Positions 1 through 9,473 of a stretch of DNA of 20,801 bases are shown one piece after another (positions within the stretch are counted from its first letter, which is position 1; every line of letters starts with the position of its first letter). Under the pieces are notes generated by a model that saw nothing but the letters and a program-made list of their open reading frames with translations, had not been told where the DNA came from and made no database searches. A program made the position numbers and the translations under genes. This DNA comes from Trueperaceae bacterium (GTDB lineage Bacteria > Deinococcota > Deinococci > Deinococcales > Trueperaceae): the NCBI GenBank assembly GCA_035703635.1, contig DASSXV010000024.1, forward strand, positions 1 through 20,801, written 5' to 3'.

Positions 1-1302
1 CACCACGTCGCTTAGTTGCGCGGTGCCAGCGAACACGCCGGCGCTGTAGATGGTGACGGTGCCGGCGGCCAAGTGCAGGCCGGTGTCGTTGGTCAGGCGC
101 ACCGCGCGCAGGGGGTGATCTGCGAGGGTGGCCTCGTTGTAGACCGAGAGGGGCGTCGCGGTCACGTCGGTAACGACGATCGGCACCATGGCGGACTCGA
201 AGGGGCCAACTGTGACTGGCTGGGAGACGTCATAGCTGAACGTGGCGCCGCTGCGGCTACCGCTCGCCATGGCTTCGACGCCGGAGCCTGCGAGGTCGGC
301 CACGGCGCTCTCCAACGCTGGCGCCCCAAGCATCTGCCTGGCCGCCATGCTTGGTGCTGGCGCGGCGGCGATGGGGAACGCGCCACTGTCGACTTGCGCG
401 ACGACGTTGCCGGCCAGGTTCGTCTCGAGCCGTGGCCTAGCTACGTAGATGGGTTCGAACAAGCTCGTTACGAAGCTGATGGGTTGACCTGCGACGAAGC
501 TGACGCTCACGCCGTCGAGGCGCAGACTGGTCGGGTTGTCGAGGATGGCCCAGCCTTGCAGCGAGCCGCGGCCGTCGTCGCCGACGACGAGGCGATAGCT
601 GCTCTTCCACACGGGCATCTCGCGAAGGTACGCGACCCTAACGCGGCGTTCGCCGCTACCCTCGAACGAGATGCTGACCTTGGAGCTCGCCTCGCCGGCG
701 TGAGCGGCTACGGCCGCCAAAGCCTCGTCGAGTTGGGCTTTCAAGGCGGGGTCGTCGAAGCGCACTTCCTCGAACTCGTCGAGCGGTGCACGCACCAAGC
801 CGGTGCTCGTGGCGAGCGTAACGAACGTACGTTGGGCTTGCTCTGGCTGCTGCACCCGCTCGACGCCGACGACGTTGCCAGAGACGCTGCGAGTACCGAT
901 GAGCGAAACGCTGGCGCCGCGCGCTTGGGCGAGCACGTCGGCTAGGGTCAGGTTGCCTGACACGTCGATCTGGTAGCCGTCCAGCACGCGCTGCAGCGGG
1001 TCCTGGGCCGTGTAGCGGACGGGCCTCACGGAACCGCCATCCAGGTCTTGAAGCACGAGGCTCTGCAGCAGGTCGTCCATGGCGGCGCGCGGCACGTCCA
1101 GCGTCAGGACTTGGTTGCCTGTCACCGTGCCCTCGTGCTCGAAGTAGCCGACGCCGTTGGTGAAGAGGACGAGGCGCGTGACGGGCAAGTCGGCCGTGCT
1201 GGTGCCCGGCGCTTGCTGCGCGAACGCTAACGACATGAATACCCCCACGAGTGCTGGTAGCAAGGTGCGAGTCGACCGCGCGAGAAGCTGGTTATCACCC
1301 AT
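1..1302 (-). CDS. Secreted DUF4139-type protein (mucoidy inhibitor MuiA-like); 3' end runs off the window
   Basis: Missing from the ORF track because there is no stop in the window. My translation from ATG 1302: MGDNQLLARSTRTLLPALVGVFMSLAFAQQ (signal peptide), LPVTRLVLFTNGVGYFEHEG, MDDLLQSLVLQDLDGG, YLREMPVWKSSYRL, LQGWAILDNPT, SFVAGQPISF, FESAMVPIV, LHLAAGTVTIY. These motifs are typical of this family. Confidence 0.85.
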   Translation of the reverse strand, partial: MGDNQLLARSTRTLLPALVGVFMSLAFAQQAPGTSTADLPVTRLVLFTNGVGYFEHEGTVTGNQVLTLDVPRAAMDDLLQSLVLQDLDGGSVRPVRYTAQDPLQRVLDGYQIDVSGNLTLADVLAQARGASVSLIGTRSVSGNVVGVERVQQPEQAQRTFVTLATSTGLVRAPLDEFEEVRFDDPALKAQLDEALAAVAAHAGEASSKVSISFEGSGERRVRVAYLREMPVWKSSYRLVVGDDGRGSLQGWAILDNPTSLRLDGVSVSFVAGQPISFVTSLFEPIYVARPRLETNLAGNVVAQVDSGAFPIAAAPAPSMAARQMLGAPALESAVADLAGSGVEAMASGSRSGATFSYDVSQPVTVGPFESAMVPIVVTDVTATPLSVYNEATLADHPLRAVRLTNDTGLHLAAGTVTIYSAGVFAGTAQLSDVV

Positions 1303-1373
1303 GGCATGAGGTTAAGGCATGTTCGTGAGTGAAGTAGGGAAGCGCTCCACAGCCCCGGCGCAGCGGGAGTGGG

Positions 1374-2597
1374 TTAGCTGGTCACGTGCGGCCCCCACGC
1401 CGCCGCCCCGCCGATGAACACGGCCGTTGGCCGCAGCTCGCGGGTGAAGAACGCGAAGTCCGCGCGCTTCCCGACCTCGAGGCTGCCCTTGTCAGCGGCT
1501 AGGCCGACGGCGCGAGCCGGGTTGAGGGACGCCATGCGTACTACCTCGACCAATGGCAAACCGACCTCGAAGTGCATGACCTGCAGCATGCGGTCGAGGA
1601 GAGTGGTGCTGCCCGCGAACGCCGTCAGGTCCTCGAGCATGGCCACGCCGTCCCCGATGACGATGTCAAGGCTGCCGAGCTTGAGTCTGGTGCCCTCCGG
1701 CAACCCCGCGCCGTGAGTAGCGTCGCTGACGATGCAGAGGCGATCCGGGCCGATGGCGCGGTACGCGAGCTTGAGCAGCGTGGTGGGGAGGTGCCGGTGA
1801 TCGGCGATGACCTCCACGCTCAGGCCGTCGAACGCCAACGATGCCTCGAGGAGGCCCGGCTTGCGCCACGGCCCCTCGCGCACGGTGGTCGACTGCGCGC
1901 TGAAGAGGTGGATGACATGCGTGAGGCCGCGCTCCATCGCCGCGGCCAGGTGGCTGTCCTTGGCGCTGGAGTGGCCGGCGCCAGCGACGATGCCGAGCTC
2001 GACGAGGCGCTCAGTCAGCGCGAGGGCGCCGGGCAGCTCGGGCGCGAAACTCATGAGTCTGATCACGTCAGCGTAGGCCAACAGGTCGTCCACGGAGCCG
2101 TCGTCCGGGTTCCGGATGTGATCCGGGTCCTGTGCCCCCGCCTGGGCGAGCGCGAAGTAGGGGCCCTCGACGTGCATCCCTGGCACTTGCGCGCCTGCGC
2201 GCGGGGCCGCCAGCCACCGCCGTCCCTGGGCCAACGCGGCCGTCAGCTCTGGCAGGGAGGCCGTCAGGGTCGTGGGCAACACGGTCGTAACGCCGTGAGC
2301 TAGCTGCACGTCGAGGATGGTGGCCCAAGCCTCGTCGTCTGCCTCGTTGAAGAGCCTGCCGCCAGCACCGTGAGTGTGGATGTCTACCAGGCCGGGGAGA
2401 ACGTAACCGCCGCCAGCGTCGATGCGGCGGATGCGCGGATCGACCTCGCCCTCCGGTTGCACTCCAACGATGGCGCCATCCTGCACGACGAGGGCGGTGC
2501 CTGGCGCCAAGCGCTCAGGCAAGACGAGGGTGCCGCCAACTACTGCGAACTTCTCACCCTCAAGACGCGAATCTGGCCGTGCCTCTTTTGCGGTCAC
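1374..2597 (-). CDS. nagA: N-acetylglucosamine-6-phosphate deacetylase (amidohydrolase)
   Basis: PGLVDIHTHG, HVEGPY, APE, GHS, THVIHLF, IADHRH, VSDA, FAGS, SLNPAR, GSLEVGKRAD motifs. Confidence 0.88.
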   Translation of the reverse strand: MTAKEARPDSRLEGEKFAVVGGTLVLPERLAPGTALVVQDGAIVGVQPEGEVDPRIRRIDAGGGYVLPGLVDIHTHGAGGRLFNEADDEAWATILDVQLAHGVTTVLPTTLTASLPELTAALAQGRRWLAAPRAGAQVPGMHVEGPYFALAQAGAQDPDHIRNPDDGSVDDLLAYADVIRLMSFAPELPGALALTERLVELGIVAGAGHSSAKDSHLAAAMERGLTHVIHLFSAQSTTVREGPWRKPGLLEASLAFDGLSVEVIADHRHLPTTLLKLAYRAIGPDRLCIVSDATHGAGLPEGTRLKLGSLDIVIGDGVAMLEDLTAFAGSTTLLDRMLQVMHFEVGLPLVEVVRMASLNPARAVGLAADKGSLEVGKRADFAFFTRELRPTAVFIGGAAAWGPHVTS

Positions 2598-2632
2598 GCG
2601 CCGAGCTTACCAGCCGGTCAGTGCGGCCGCGT

Positions 2633-3073
2633 TTAGGTGTCCGTGTCTTCCGTTGGCTCCCCGAAGCGTTCGTAGAGGTCGTTCATGGCGTCCGCCAAGT
2701 CGTTGGCCTCTTCGCTGTCTTCCATGTCGGCCCAATCGCGCACGTCGATGACGAGTTCGCCAAGGCGCCTGGCTAGCTCGTCGCGGGTGGCTATGCCCTC
2801 GTACTCCCAAGTTTGCGGTGTGTCTGTCACGCCGTCTCCTTCCGGTAGGTCGTCGTCGACCGGGGGCTCGTCGAGGCCGTCCTCGAGGCTCTCTGGGATG
2901 GCGTCTTCCGTGCCAGGGAACGGGTCGGGCAGGCCGGTGATGTCGGCGTCGTCGAGTGTCGGGTCGTAAGCCGGGCCGCCCGGAAAGTCAGAGTCATCGA
3001 ACGAGGCGCCGATGTCACCTGCCTCGCTAGCGTCAAGGTAGTTGTTTGAGGTAGTGCGTTTGGAGCTTGCCAT
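2633..3073 (-). CDS. Small, highly acidic hypothetical protein
   Basis: 146-aa ORF, Asp/Glu/Pro-rich, GC3-biased codons, GGAGAGG SD upstream; fills the gap between genes. Confidence 0.75.
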   Translation of the reverse strand: MASSKRTTSNNYLDASEAGDIGASFDDSDFPGGPAYDPTLDDADITGLPDPFPGTEDAIPESLEDGLDEPPVDDDLPEGDGVTDTPQTWEYEGIATRDELARRLGELVIDVRDWADMEDSEEANDLADAMNDLYERFGEPTEDTDT

Positions 3074-3205
3074 GCTCGTTCGCCTCTCCGCCCTCGGCCA
3101 CGCTAAGAGAACTTCAAGTCAGCGCCGAGCGCCGGTCGTGACCTCCACGGTATGCCCGAGGCGCCCTTGAGGGTGGTCCGCTCATCACTGCGCCCAGCCG
3201 GGCCA

Positions 3206-3871
3206 TCACGGCCGAGAGCTGCGTAGCCGAGTGCGCTGGTTTCCGGCCTCGTCGAAGTTGTCGGGCGCCAGCCAGGCCTCGTATGCCGCTTTCAACCCTG
3301 GCCACTCGTGATCGAGGAGCGCGAACCAGGCGGTGTCGCGGTTCCGGCCCTTGACGACCATGTGCTGCTCGAAGATGCCCTCGAACTTGAAGCCGAAGCG
3401 CAGCGCCGCGGCACGGCTGGGGCCGTTCAGGGCGTCGCACTTCCACTCGAAGCGGCGGTAACCAAGGGCGCCGAACACATGATCGGCGTACAGGTAGAGC
3501 GCCTCGGTCGCCAAGCGCGTGCGCGCCACTTGCGGACCCCAGTAGATGTTGCCGATCTCGATGACCCCGTGCTGCGGCACGATGCGCATGAGGGCCTGTC
3601 GCCCGCCGCACGCGTTAGTGCGCTGGTCGACGAGCGTATGGAACAGGGGATCTTCGGACGGCTCCATCGCCTCGAACCAAGCGCGTAGTGAGGCTGGCGT
3701 TGCAGGCTCGTCGAACAGGTACCTGAAGCGCTCCGCCTCGCCGGCCTGCGTGCTCGCGTTCAGGAGGGACGTGTAGTGACGCTCCGCGTTGAGCGGCTCG
3801 AGGCGCACGTACTGCCCCTCGAGAGTCACGCGACCCGGACGCGGTCTGGGTAGGACAGGTAGGGGGAGCAT
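3206..3871 (-). CDS. GNAT acetyltransferase, RimJ/RimL family
   Basis: LEGQYVRLEPL, HGVIEIGNIYW, LGYRRFEWKCDALNGPSRAAALRFGFKFEG, KGRNRDTAWFALLDHEWP. Confidence 0.9.
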   Translation of the reverse strand: MLPLPVLPRPRPGRVTLEGQYVRLEPLNAERHYTSLLNASTQAGEAERFRYLFDEPATPASLRAWFEAMEPSEDPLFHTLVDQRTNACGGRQALMRIVPQHGVIEIGNIYWGPQVARTRLATEALYLYADHVFGALGYRRFEWKCDALNGPSRAAALRFGFKFEGIFEQHMVVKGRNRDTAWFALLDHEWPGLKAAYEAWLAPDNFDEAGNQRTRLRSSRP

Positions 3872-3958
3872 GGGAGATGCTCAGTCTTCTAGGCCCAGAT
3901 TGTCAAGGGCCGCGGACGGCGGCTGGCCCCGGTTGTGCGGCTGGTAGACTCGACGTTC

Positions 3959-4612
3959 ATGACCACTGAACAGTTGGGGTCGGCCACACCGCTAGTTGTC
4001 AGCGAACTCACCGTTCGACTGGCTGGCGTGAGTGTGCTCGAAGACGTTACGTTCACCCTTGCGCCCGGCGAGGTCGCCCTGCTGGTCGGGGCAAACGGGG
4101 CGGGCAAGAGCACGTTGATCCGGGCCGTCGTCGGCCTGCTGCCGTCGCGCGGCGACATCGCCATCTTCGGACGCCCGAACCGCAGCCTTACCGCACGGTC
4201 GAAGTTCGTGTTCTCCCCAGACGACCCTGCGCTCTACGAGGACCTGACGCTACGTGAGCACGTGCGCTTCACCTCCGTGGTTTACGGCCGCCCTGAGGCC
4301 GATGAGCGTGCCCTCGTGTGGCTCGAGCGCTTCGGTCTCACGGCGCGCCTAGACGAGTTCCCCGGGACCCACTCGCGCGGCATGCGCCAGAAGCTCGCGC
4401 TGTCCTTGGCGTTGGGGTTGGAGATGCCGCTGACCATATTGGACGAGCCGTTCAATGGCCTCGACATCGCCAGCCAGGAACGCCTGGCGGCCGGCCTGCA
4501 GGAGCGAGGCAAGGCGGGGGGAGCCGTGCTCCTCACCGGCCACCAGCGCGAGTTGGAGACGCTACTCGAGGCGCGGCGCCTTGACCTCGTAGACGGTCAA
4601 CTGCAGGCGTGA
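3959..4612 (+). CDS. ABC transporter ATP-binding protein (exporter, EcsA/CcmA-like)
   Basis: Walker A GANGAGKS, signature HSRGMRQK, Walker B ILDEP, H-loop TGH. ATG 3959 preferred as start because TAGACT lies just upstream. Confidence 0.9.
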   Translation: MTTEQLGSATPLVVSELTVRLAGVSVLEDVTFTLAPGEVALLVGANGAGKSTLIRAVVGLLPSRGDIAIFGRPNRSLTARSKFVFSPDDPALYEDLTLREHVRFTSVVYGRPEADERALVWLERFGLTARLDEFPGTHSRGMRQKLALSLALGLEMPLTILDEPFNGLDIASQERLAAGLQERGKAGGAVLLTGHQRELETLLEARRLDLVDGQLQA

Positions 4613-6060
4613 ACGCCGCCGTCGACTACCTGCGGCGCCTCACGGTCGTCCGGTCGTTTCACGCCTACCGCGTGTGGGTGGGCCGGGCCGTCGGTTGGTG
4701 GACCCTCGTCTACCTCGTCGGCTGGCTCGTTGTCTTCGTGGTGGCTGGCCTCGAGGCACTCACGCCCCTCGCCAACCCCGTCGCTGGACCGCGCATGGTG
4801 TTGGTCGGCATCTTCGTGCTCATGTTCATCAGCCTTGCGCTTGCTGGGCGCGTGCCGCCCGTGATCCTCGACCGCCGCGACCTTTACCGGCTAGGCATCG
4901 CTCCTGTCGAGCCGTGGGCCGCCCTGCGCTGGCGCTTCAGCGTGCGGGTGGCTGGGGCGGCGGCGCTTGGCGCTTTCATCGGACTGTTGTGGACGGCAGT
5001 AACGCCGGCGGTGTTCGGGTACGGGGCGCCATGGGCAGCGCCTGCGTTGGCCCTCGTGTTCGTCGCGCGCTTCACGGGTTCGTGGCTGCGGTACGCGAGC
5101 GCAACTGAAGGTTCGCGCTACGCCGGCTGGTGGGTAGCGTTGGCAGGGGTCGCGCTTGCGGTGCTCCCCTACGGCCTCACGGAGGCGTTCCTCAGCGCCT
5201 CGCCGCTTGGCTTGCTGGCTCCTGCCTTGCTGGTGGCCATGGGCTTGGCCTTGTCGCGCAAGTCGTTGCGTGAGTACTGGCCCCCGCGCTTCCCGGCGCA
5301 GAGCCTGGTCCTCACCCAGCTTCAGGCCATGCGCACCCTGCAACTCATCGCTGGCATGGCCGGCTTCTTGCGCCAAGCCGCGGCCGACGGCGGCGAGCGG
5401 CGCAGATTGTTGGCCGCCCTGCACGACACCCCTGGCGCGACCAAGCCGCGGCGCTCCCTCCCCCTCGTAGCCGCCACCGCTCCGCAGTGGCGCGCCATCG
5501 CATGGCGCACGGCCACCGACTTGTGGCGCAGGCCGCTACTGCGTTCCCTGTTCGCACTGGTCATCACCATCAGCGCGGCGACGGCGGCGGTACTGGTCAA
5601 CTCGGGGGCCGAGGGGCTGCGTGCAGGCGGCGTCACCTCGCTCTTGGGTGGTGCGTTAGGCGTGCTGCTGGCGGCACTGCTAACGGCGCGCGCGGGGAGC
5701 GCACTCCTTGGGCCGGAGCTCGCCGTCGGGGCGCTGCCACTCGAGCCGCTGGAGCGCACGCTAGGCCGCGTCGTTCCGGGCGCCGCGCTCTTCCTCCTGT
5801 TCGGACTGCCCGCCGTCTTCTACTTCGGCGTTGGTGTAAGTGGACTGGTTGGAGCGGCTACCCTAGTGCTCCTCGTCTTGCTGGCGCTGGAGAAGTACGC
5901 GTCTTGGAGCGGCACTGGCACCTCGCGCTGGGAGGCGCAGATCGTGGCTGCCATCTTCGCCGCCCTCCCCAGCCTGGTGCTGGCGGCATTTGGGGTGCCA
6001 GGCTGGACGGTCGGTGTTCAGGTAGGAGTGCTGGTCGTGGTCACATTGATCTCCGTTTGA
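4609..6060 (+). CDS. Multi-pass membrane protein, probable permease of the ABC exporter
   Basis: Many hydrophobic segments; GTGA overlap with the ATPase stop (translational coupling). Confidence 0.75.
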   Translation: MNAAVDYLRRLTVVRSFHAYRVWVGRAVGWWTLVYLVGWLVVFVVAGLEALTPLANPVAGPRMVLVGIFVLMFISLALAGRVPPVILDRRDLYRLGIAPVEPWAALRWRFSVRVAGAAALGAFIGLLWTAVTPAVFGYGAPWAAPALALVFVARFTGSWLRYASATEGSRYAGWWVALAGVALAVLPYGLTEAFLSASPLGLLAPALLVAMGLALSRKSLREYWPPRFPAQSLVLTQLQAMRTLQLIAGMAGFLRQAAADGGERRRLLAALHDTPGATKPRRSLPLVAATAPQWRAIAWRTATDLWRRPLLRSLFALVITISAATAAVLVNSGAEGLRAGGVTSLLGGALGVLLAALLTARAGSALLGPELAVGALPLEPLERTLGRVVPGAALFLLFGLPAVFYFGVGVSGLVGAATLVLLVLLALEKYASWSGTGTSRWEAQIVAAIFAALPSLVLAAFGVPGWTVGVQVGVLVVVTLISV

Positions 6061-6136
6061 GGGTTTCTCAGCCGCCACACAAGCTTCACACGGCCGCCCG
6101 CTCTAGCATTCCTTCGTGATTCGGAAGGAGCGCGAC

Positions 6137-6733
6137 ATGGCGAGCTTCGACAGCACCATCGACGTCAACGTACACATATCGGAGGCGTACTTGCTCTTCA
6201 GCGACTTCGAGCGCTTCCCTAGCTTCATGGAAGGCGTCAAGGACGTGAGGCGCACTGGTGACGACACGCTTCACTGGCGGGCGGACATCGGCGGGCGCGA
6301 AGTGGAGTGGGACGCCAAGGTGACGGAGTTGTCGCCTAGCGACAAGATCTCGTGGACGAGCACCTCCGGCGCCAAGAACACGGGCGAGGTTACCTTCGAC
6401 AAGCTGAACGAGGACCGCACCCAAGTCCACATGCACGTTGAGTACGAACCTGAAGGCTTCATCGAGAGTGTCGGGTCCGCGCTTGGCGTCGTCAACGGTC
6501 GGCTAGAGCGTGACCTCGAGCGCTTCAAACGCGCGGTCGAGGGTGGCGCGGCGGTGCATGACGGTTGGCGCGACGCCCCGGACGCCGTGCACCTCGGCAA
6601 GGTCAAGGCCGAAGCCAAGGCCGCGCTGCAGAACAGCGGCAAACTAGCAGGGTCGGCGGCTGGCGGCGTTGCGAGCACGGCTAGTGCCGTGGCCGACAAA
6701 GCCCAAGAGCCGCCGAAGTCAGGCAAGGCCTGA
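6137..6733 (+). CDS. SRPBCC / polyketide cyclase-dehydrase family protein with an Ala/Lys-rich tail
   Basis: DFERFPSFMEGV, LHWRADIGG, EWDAKVTE, ISWTS..GAKNTGEVTF, EYEPEG, DLERFK; AAGGAG SD before ATG 6137. Confidence 0.88.
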   Translation: MASFDSTIDVNVHISEAYLLFSDFERFPSFMEGVKDVRRTGDDTLHWRADIGGREVEWDAKVTELSPSDKISWTSTSGAKNTGEVTFDKLNEDRTQVHMHVEYEPEGFIESVGSALGVVNGRLERDLERFKRAVEGGAAVHDGWRDAPDAVHLGKVKAEAKAALQNSGKLAGSAAGGVASTASAVADKAQEPPKSGKA

Positions 6734-6748
6734 CGCGTAGCAGCACCG

Positions 6749-8002
6749 TCAGTTGGGCAGTGAACTAGCCAACTTCGCGGCCACGTGCTTCCCTATCGCC
6801 AGGGAGGCCGTGGCCGCTGGCGACGGGGCGTTCAGCACGTGCAACGAGTGGACGCCCTCCATGAACACGAAATCATCGACCAAGCGGCCATCGCGAGCGA
6901 CCGCCTGCGCCCTCACGCCGCTATGGCCAGGCACTAGGTCGCTGGCTACGATGCTTGGCACGAGGCGCTGCAACGAGGCGACGAACGCCGCCTTGCTGAA
7001 CGACCGGTAGTACTCGTACGCCCCCACGCGCCAGAAGCGCCGCGCCAGCCGCCAGAACCCTTCGAAACCCAAGGTTCTGGCGGTGTCGTCGAGGTCGAAG
7101 GTCGTCATCTTGTAGCCCTCGCGCGCGAAGGCCAGCACTGCGTTCGGCCCGGCCTCCATGCCGCCGTCGATGGTGCGGGTGAAGTGCACGCCGAGAAACG
7201 GCAGTGCGGCGTTGGGGACGGGGTAGACGAGGTTGCGCACGAGCTCGGTGCGCGCTTGCGTGAGCAAGTAGTACTCGCCGCGGAACGGGACGATCTGCAT
7301 GTCGGGCGTTAGGCCGCAGAGGCGCGCGACGACGTCGGCATGCAGGCCTGCGCAGTTGACCAGGTAGCGAGCCGTGACCTCGAGTCCAGGCCCGTGAACC
7401 GTGACGCCGCGTCCGCCGTTCACCACGGCGCCGACCTTGGCGTTCTTGAGGACCGTGACGCCACGCCCTGTCAGCGCTTGAGCGAGTTTGCGAGCCACGG
7501 CGCCGTAGTCGGTGATGGCCGTAGTCGGCGAGTGGATGGCTTGCAAGCCGCGCACGTTAGGTTCGAGTTCCCGCAGTTCGTCCGGCCCGAGGAGCCGCAA
7601 ACCTGGCACGCCGTTGGCAACGCCGCGGCCGAGCAGCTCCTGCAGCGGGGCCAGTTCGCTCGCGTCCGTCGCCACGATCACCTTGCCGCACTCGGTGTAC
7701 GGCACGTCGTGCTCCTGGCAGAACTCCCGCAAGAGCGCCACCCCTTGGCGGCAGAGTTCCGCCTTGAAAGACCCAGGCCGGTAGTAGATGCCGGAGTGCA
7801 CGACGCCGCTGTTGTGGCCCGTCTGATGACTGCCGACCTCCGCCTCCTTCTCCAAAACCACGAGTTCGAGGTCCGGCCGGGCGCCATGCAGCGCGAGTGC
7901 GGAGGCCAAGCCGACGATGCCGCCGCCGACGATGACGACGTCGCAGTGCAGCGCTCGGTACGCCTGCTCCTTGGCGGTTGGCGTCCGCTCGACCTGTCTC
8001 AT
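6749..8002 (-). CDS. lhgO: L-2-hydroxyglutarate oxidase/dehydrogenase (FAD-dependent)
   Basis: GGGIVGLASA, HQTGHNSGVVHSGIYYRPGS, PFRGEYY, PFLGVHFT, GPNAV, GVRAQA, NAPSPAATASL. Start moved to ATG 8002, which has TATCGT 6 nt upstream. Confidence 0.9.
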   Translation of the reverse strand: MRQVERTPTAKEQAYRALHCDVVIVGGGIVGLASALALHGARPDLELVVLEKEAEVGSHQTGHNSGVVHSGIYYRPGSFKAELCRQGVALLREFCQEHDVPYTECGKVIVATDASELAPLQELLGRGVANGVPGLRLLGPDELRELEPNVRGLQAIHSPTTAITDYGAVARKLAQALTGRGVTVLKNAKVGAVVNGGRGVTVHGPGLEVTARYLVNCAGLHADVVARLCGLTPDMQIVPFRGEYYLLTQARTELVRNLVYPVPNAALPFLGVHFTRTIDGGMEAGPNAVLAFAREGYKMTTFDLDDTARTLGFEGFWRLARRFWRVGAYEYYRSFSKAAFVASLQRLVPSIVASDLVPGHSGVRAQAVARDGRLVDDFVFMEGVHSLHVLNAPSPAATASLAIGKHVAAKLASSLPN

Positions 8003-8102
8003 CCCACGACGATACTCGCTCCTGGCACTGACAGCGTCGCCGAGCGTTCCTACACTTGGCCCGGTACCTGCGAAGCGTGCCAGGAGAGGACCGTGATCTG
8101 TC

Positions 8103-8525
8103 ATGCGATCTAGCGACACCTACTTGAACTTCGACGGCAACACCATGGAGGCGTTCGAGTTCTACCGTTCCGTGATCGGCGGGGAGTTCGAGACCAAGCT
8201 CACTTACGCCGAGCTGGCGGGCGGCGGCTGGGAGCCGCCGGAGGTCGACAGGGGCCGCATCGGTCACGTAAGCCTCAGGCTCTCGGAAGCCACGGTGTTG
8301 ATGGGGAGCGACGTCTCCAGCAACCAGAGCGGCAACTTCGTGATGGGCAACAACGTCTACATCAACATCAACGCCGAGAGTGAGGAAGAAGCGCGGCGGC
8401 TGTTCGCGGGCCTCTCAGCCGGCGGCAAGGTCGAGATCGCGTTGACCACCACCGGCTGGGCCAAGCTCTACGGCAGCTTCTTCGACAAGTTCGGCGTTGG
8501 GTGGATGGTGAACCTCAGCGAGTAG
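8103..8525 (+). CDS. VOC / PhnB-like glyoxalase family protein
   Basis: YLNFDGNTMEAFEFYRSV, LMGSD, RLFAGLSAGG, WAKLYG..DKFGVGWMVN; AGGAG SD upstream. Confidence 0.88.
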   Translation: MRSSDTYLNFDGNTMEAFEFYRSVIGGEFETKLTYAELAGGGWEPPEVDRGRIGHVSLRLSEATVLMGSDVSSNQSGNFVMGNNVYININAESEEEARRLFAGLSAGGKVEIALTTTGWAKLYGSFFDKFGVGWMVNLSE

Positions 8526-8557
8526 CGCGGCGTCCGCTTCTGGGACGGAGAAGTGGG

Positions 8558-8590
8558 TTAAGTCAGATTTAAGCGGACGGCGATTAGCCT
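8558..8590 (+). promoter_or_regulatory. Activator-dependent promoter: TTAAGTC/TTAAGCG direct repeats (11-bp period), N9, then -10 TAGCCT
   Basis: Same architecture as 12979-13011; lies upstream of the 8614 operon. Confidence 0.6.
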
Positions 8591-8613
8591 GGGCGCACCT
8601 TGAAGGAGGGTGC

Positions 8614-9459
8614 ATGCTCAGGATTTCGCTTATCGCCTTGGTGCTGCTCTTGCAGGTTGCGTTCTGCCAACAGTTCAACGGCAGTTTCGTAGACGCGGCA
8701 AACGGCATAACCATCAACCTGCAACAGAATGGCGGTGCGCTGCAGGGCGTGCTGATCGGCCCGAACGGCCAGTGGCAGCTGCAGGGCAACAGCCAGCAGT
8801 CCTCCGCGGCTGGCGTAGTGCAATCCCAACAAGGGTTACTTGGGTTCCAGGCGCAACTCAGTCAAGACGGCCAGATGCTGCAGGTGGCTTTCTACGAGCT
8901 GGACGCTAACGGCAACGCCGTTGGCCAGGGCCAGCCACTAATGCTCCAACGCCAAGGCGGTGCCAGCGGTGGAGCGCCAAGCGGAGGCGTGGGTGCGCCC
9001 ATGGTTGGCGGCCAACCAGGCGCGCCCATGCAGAACGGGCAAGCCGGCTGGCCTCCACCGCCACCTGGAGCCGTGGTGTCGACCGCCCCTCCAGGCCAGG
9101 TCCCTGGTCAAGTAGCAGCTCAGACTCCAACCGCGCCGTTCGGCGCGCAACCAACGCCGCCTTTCGGCGGTGCGCCGGCGGCCAAGCAAGTCGATTGGAA
9201 CGGCACGTTCACTGGCAACAACGGCACGGTCGTGCTTGCGGTCCAGGCGGGCCAGGGTGGTTACGTCGGGTACTTGCAGGACCAGGGTCAGCGTTACCAG
9301 TTCGAAGCGCACCTAGACGACCAGACCTTGCATGGGCAGTTCATGGCCAACGGCGTCCCTTACGAGTTCTGGGTCGACCGCGAGGGCCCTGATGCCTTGC
9401 TAACCGTCGGCGAAACGACCTTCTGGTTGACGCAGACTGCCAACCAAGCGACCCCCTGA
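8614..9459 (+). CDS. Secreted hypothetical protein: two similar beta-rich domains joined by a Gly/Pro/Gln linker
   Basis: AAGGAGG SD; signal peptide MLRISLIALVLLLQVAFC; low-complexity centre. Confidence 0.8.
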   Translation: MLRISLIALVLLLQVAFCQQFNGSFVDAANGITINLQQNGGALQGVLIGPNGQWQLQGNSQQSSAAGVVQSQQGLLGFQAQLSQDGQMLQVAFYELDANGNAVGQGQPLMLQRQGGASGGAPSGGVGAPMVGGQPGAPMQNGQAGWPPPPPGAVVSTAPPGQVPGQVAAQTPTAPFGAQPTPPFGGAPAAKQVDWNGTFTGNNGTVVLAVQAGQGGYVGYLQDQGQRYQFEAHLDDQTLHGQFMANGVPYEFWVDREGPDALLTVGETTFWLTQTANQATP

Positions 9460-9473
9460 GCGGAGCGAGGAAC

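Noticed and set aside
16-945. 309-aa plus-strand ORF
   Set aside because: Antisense shadow of the minus-strand DUF4139-type gene, which has recognisable motifs.
8003-8119. N-terminal extension of lhgO in the ORF track
   Set aside because: Overlaps the divergent VOC gene start; the -10 box supports ATG 8002.
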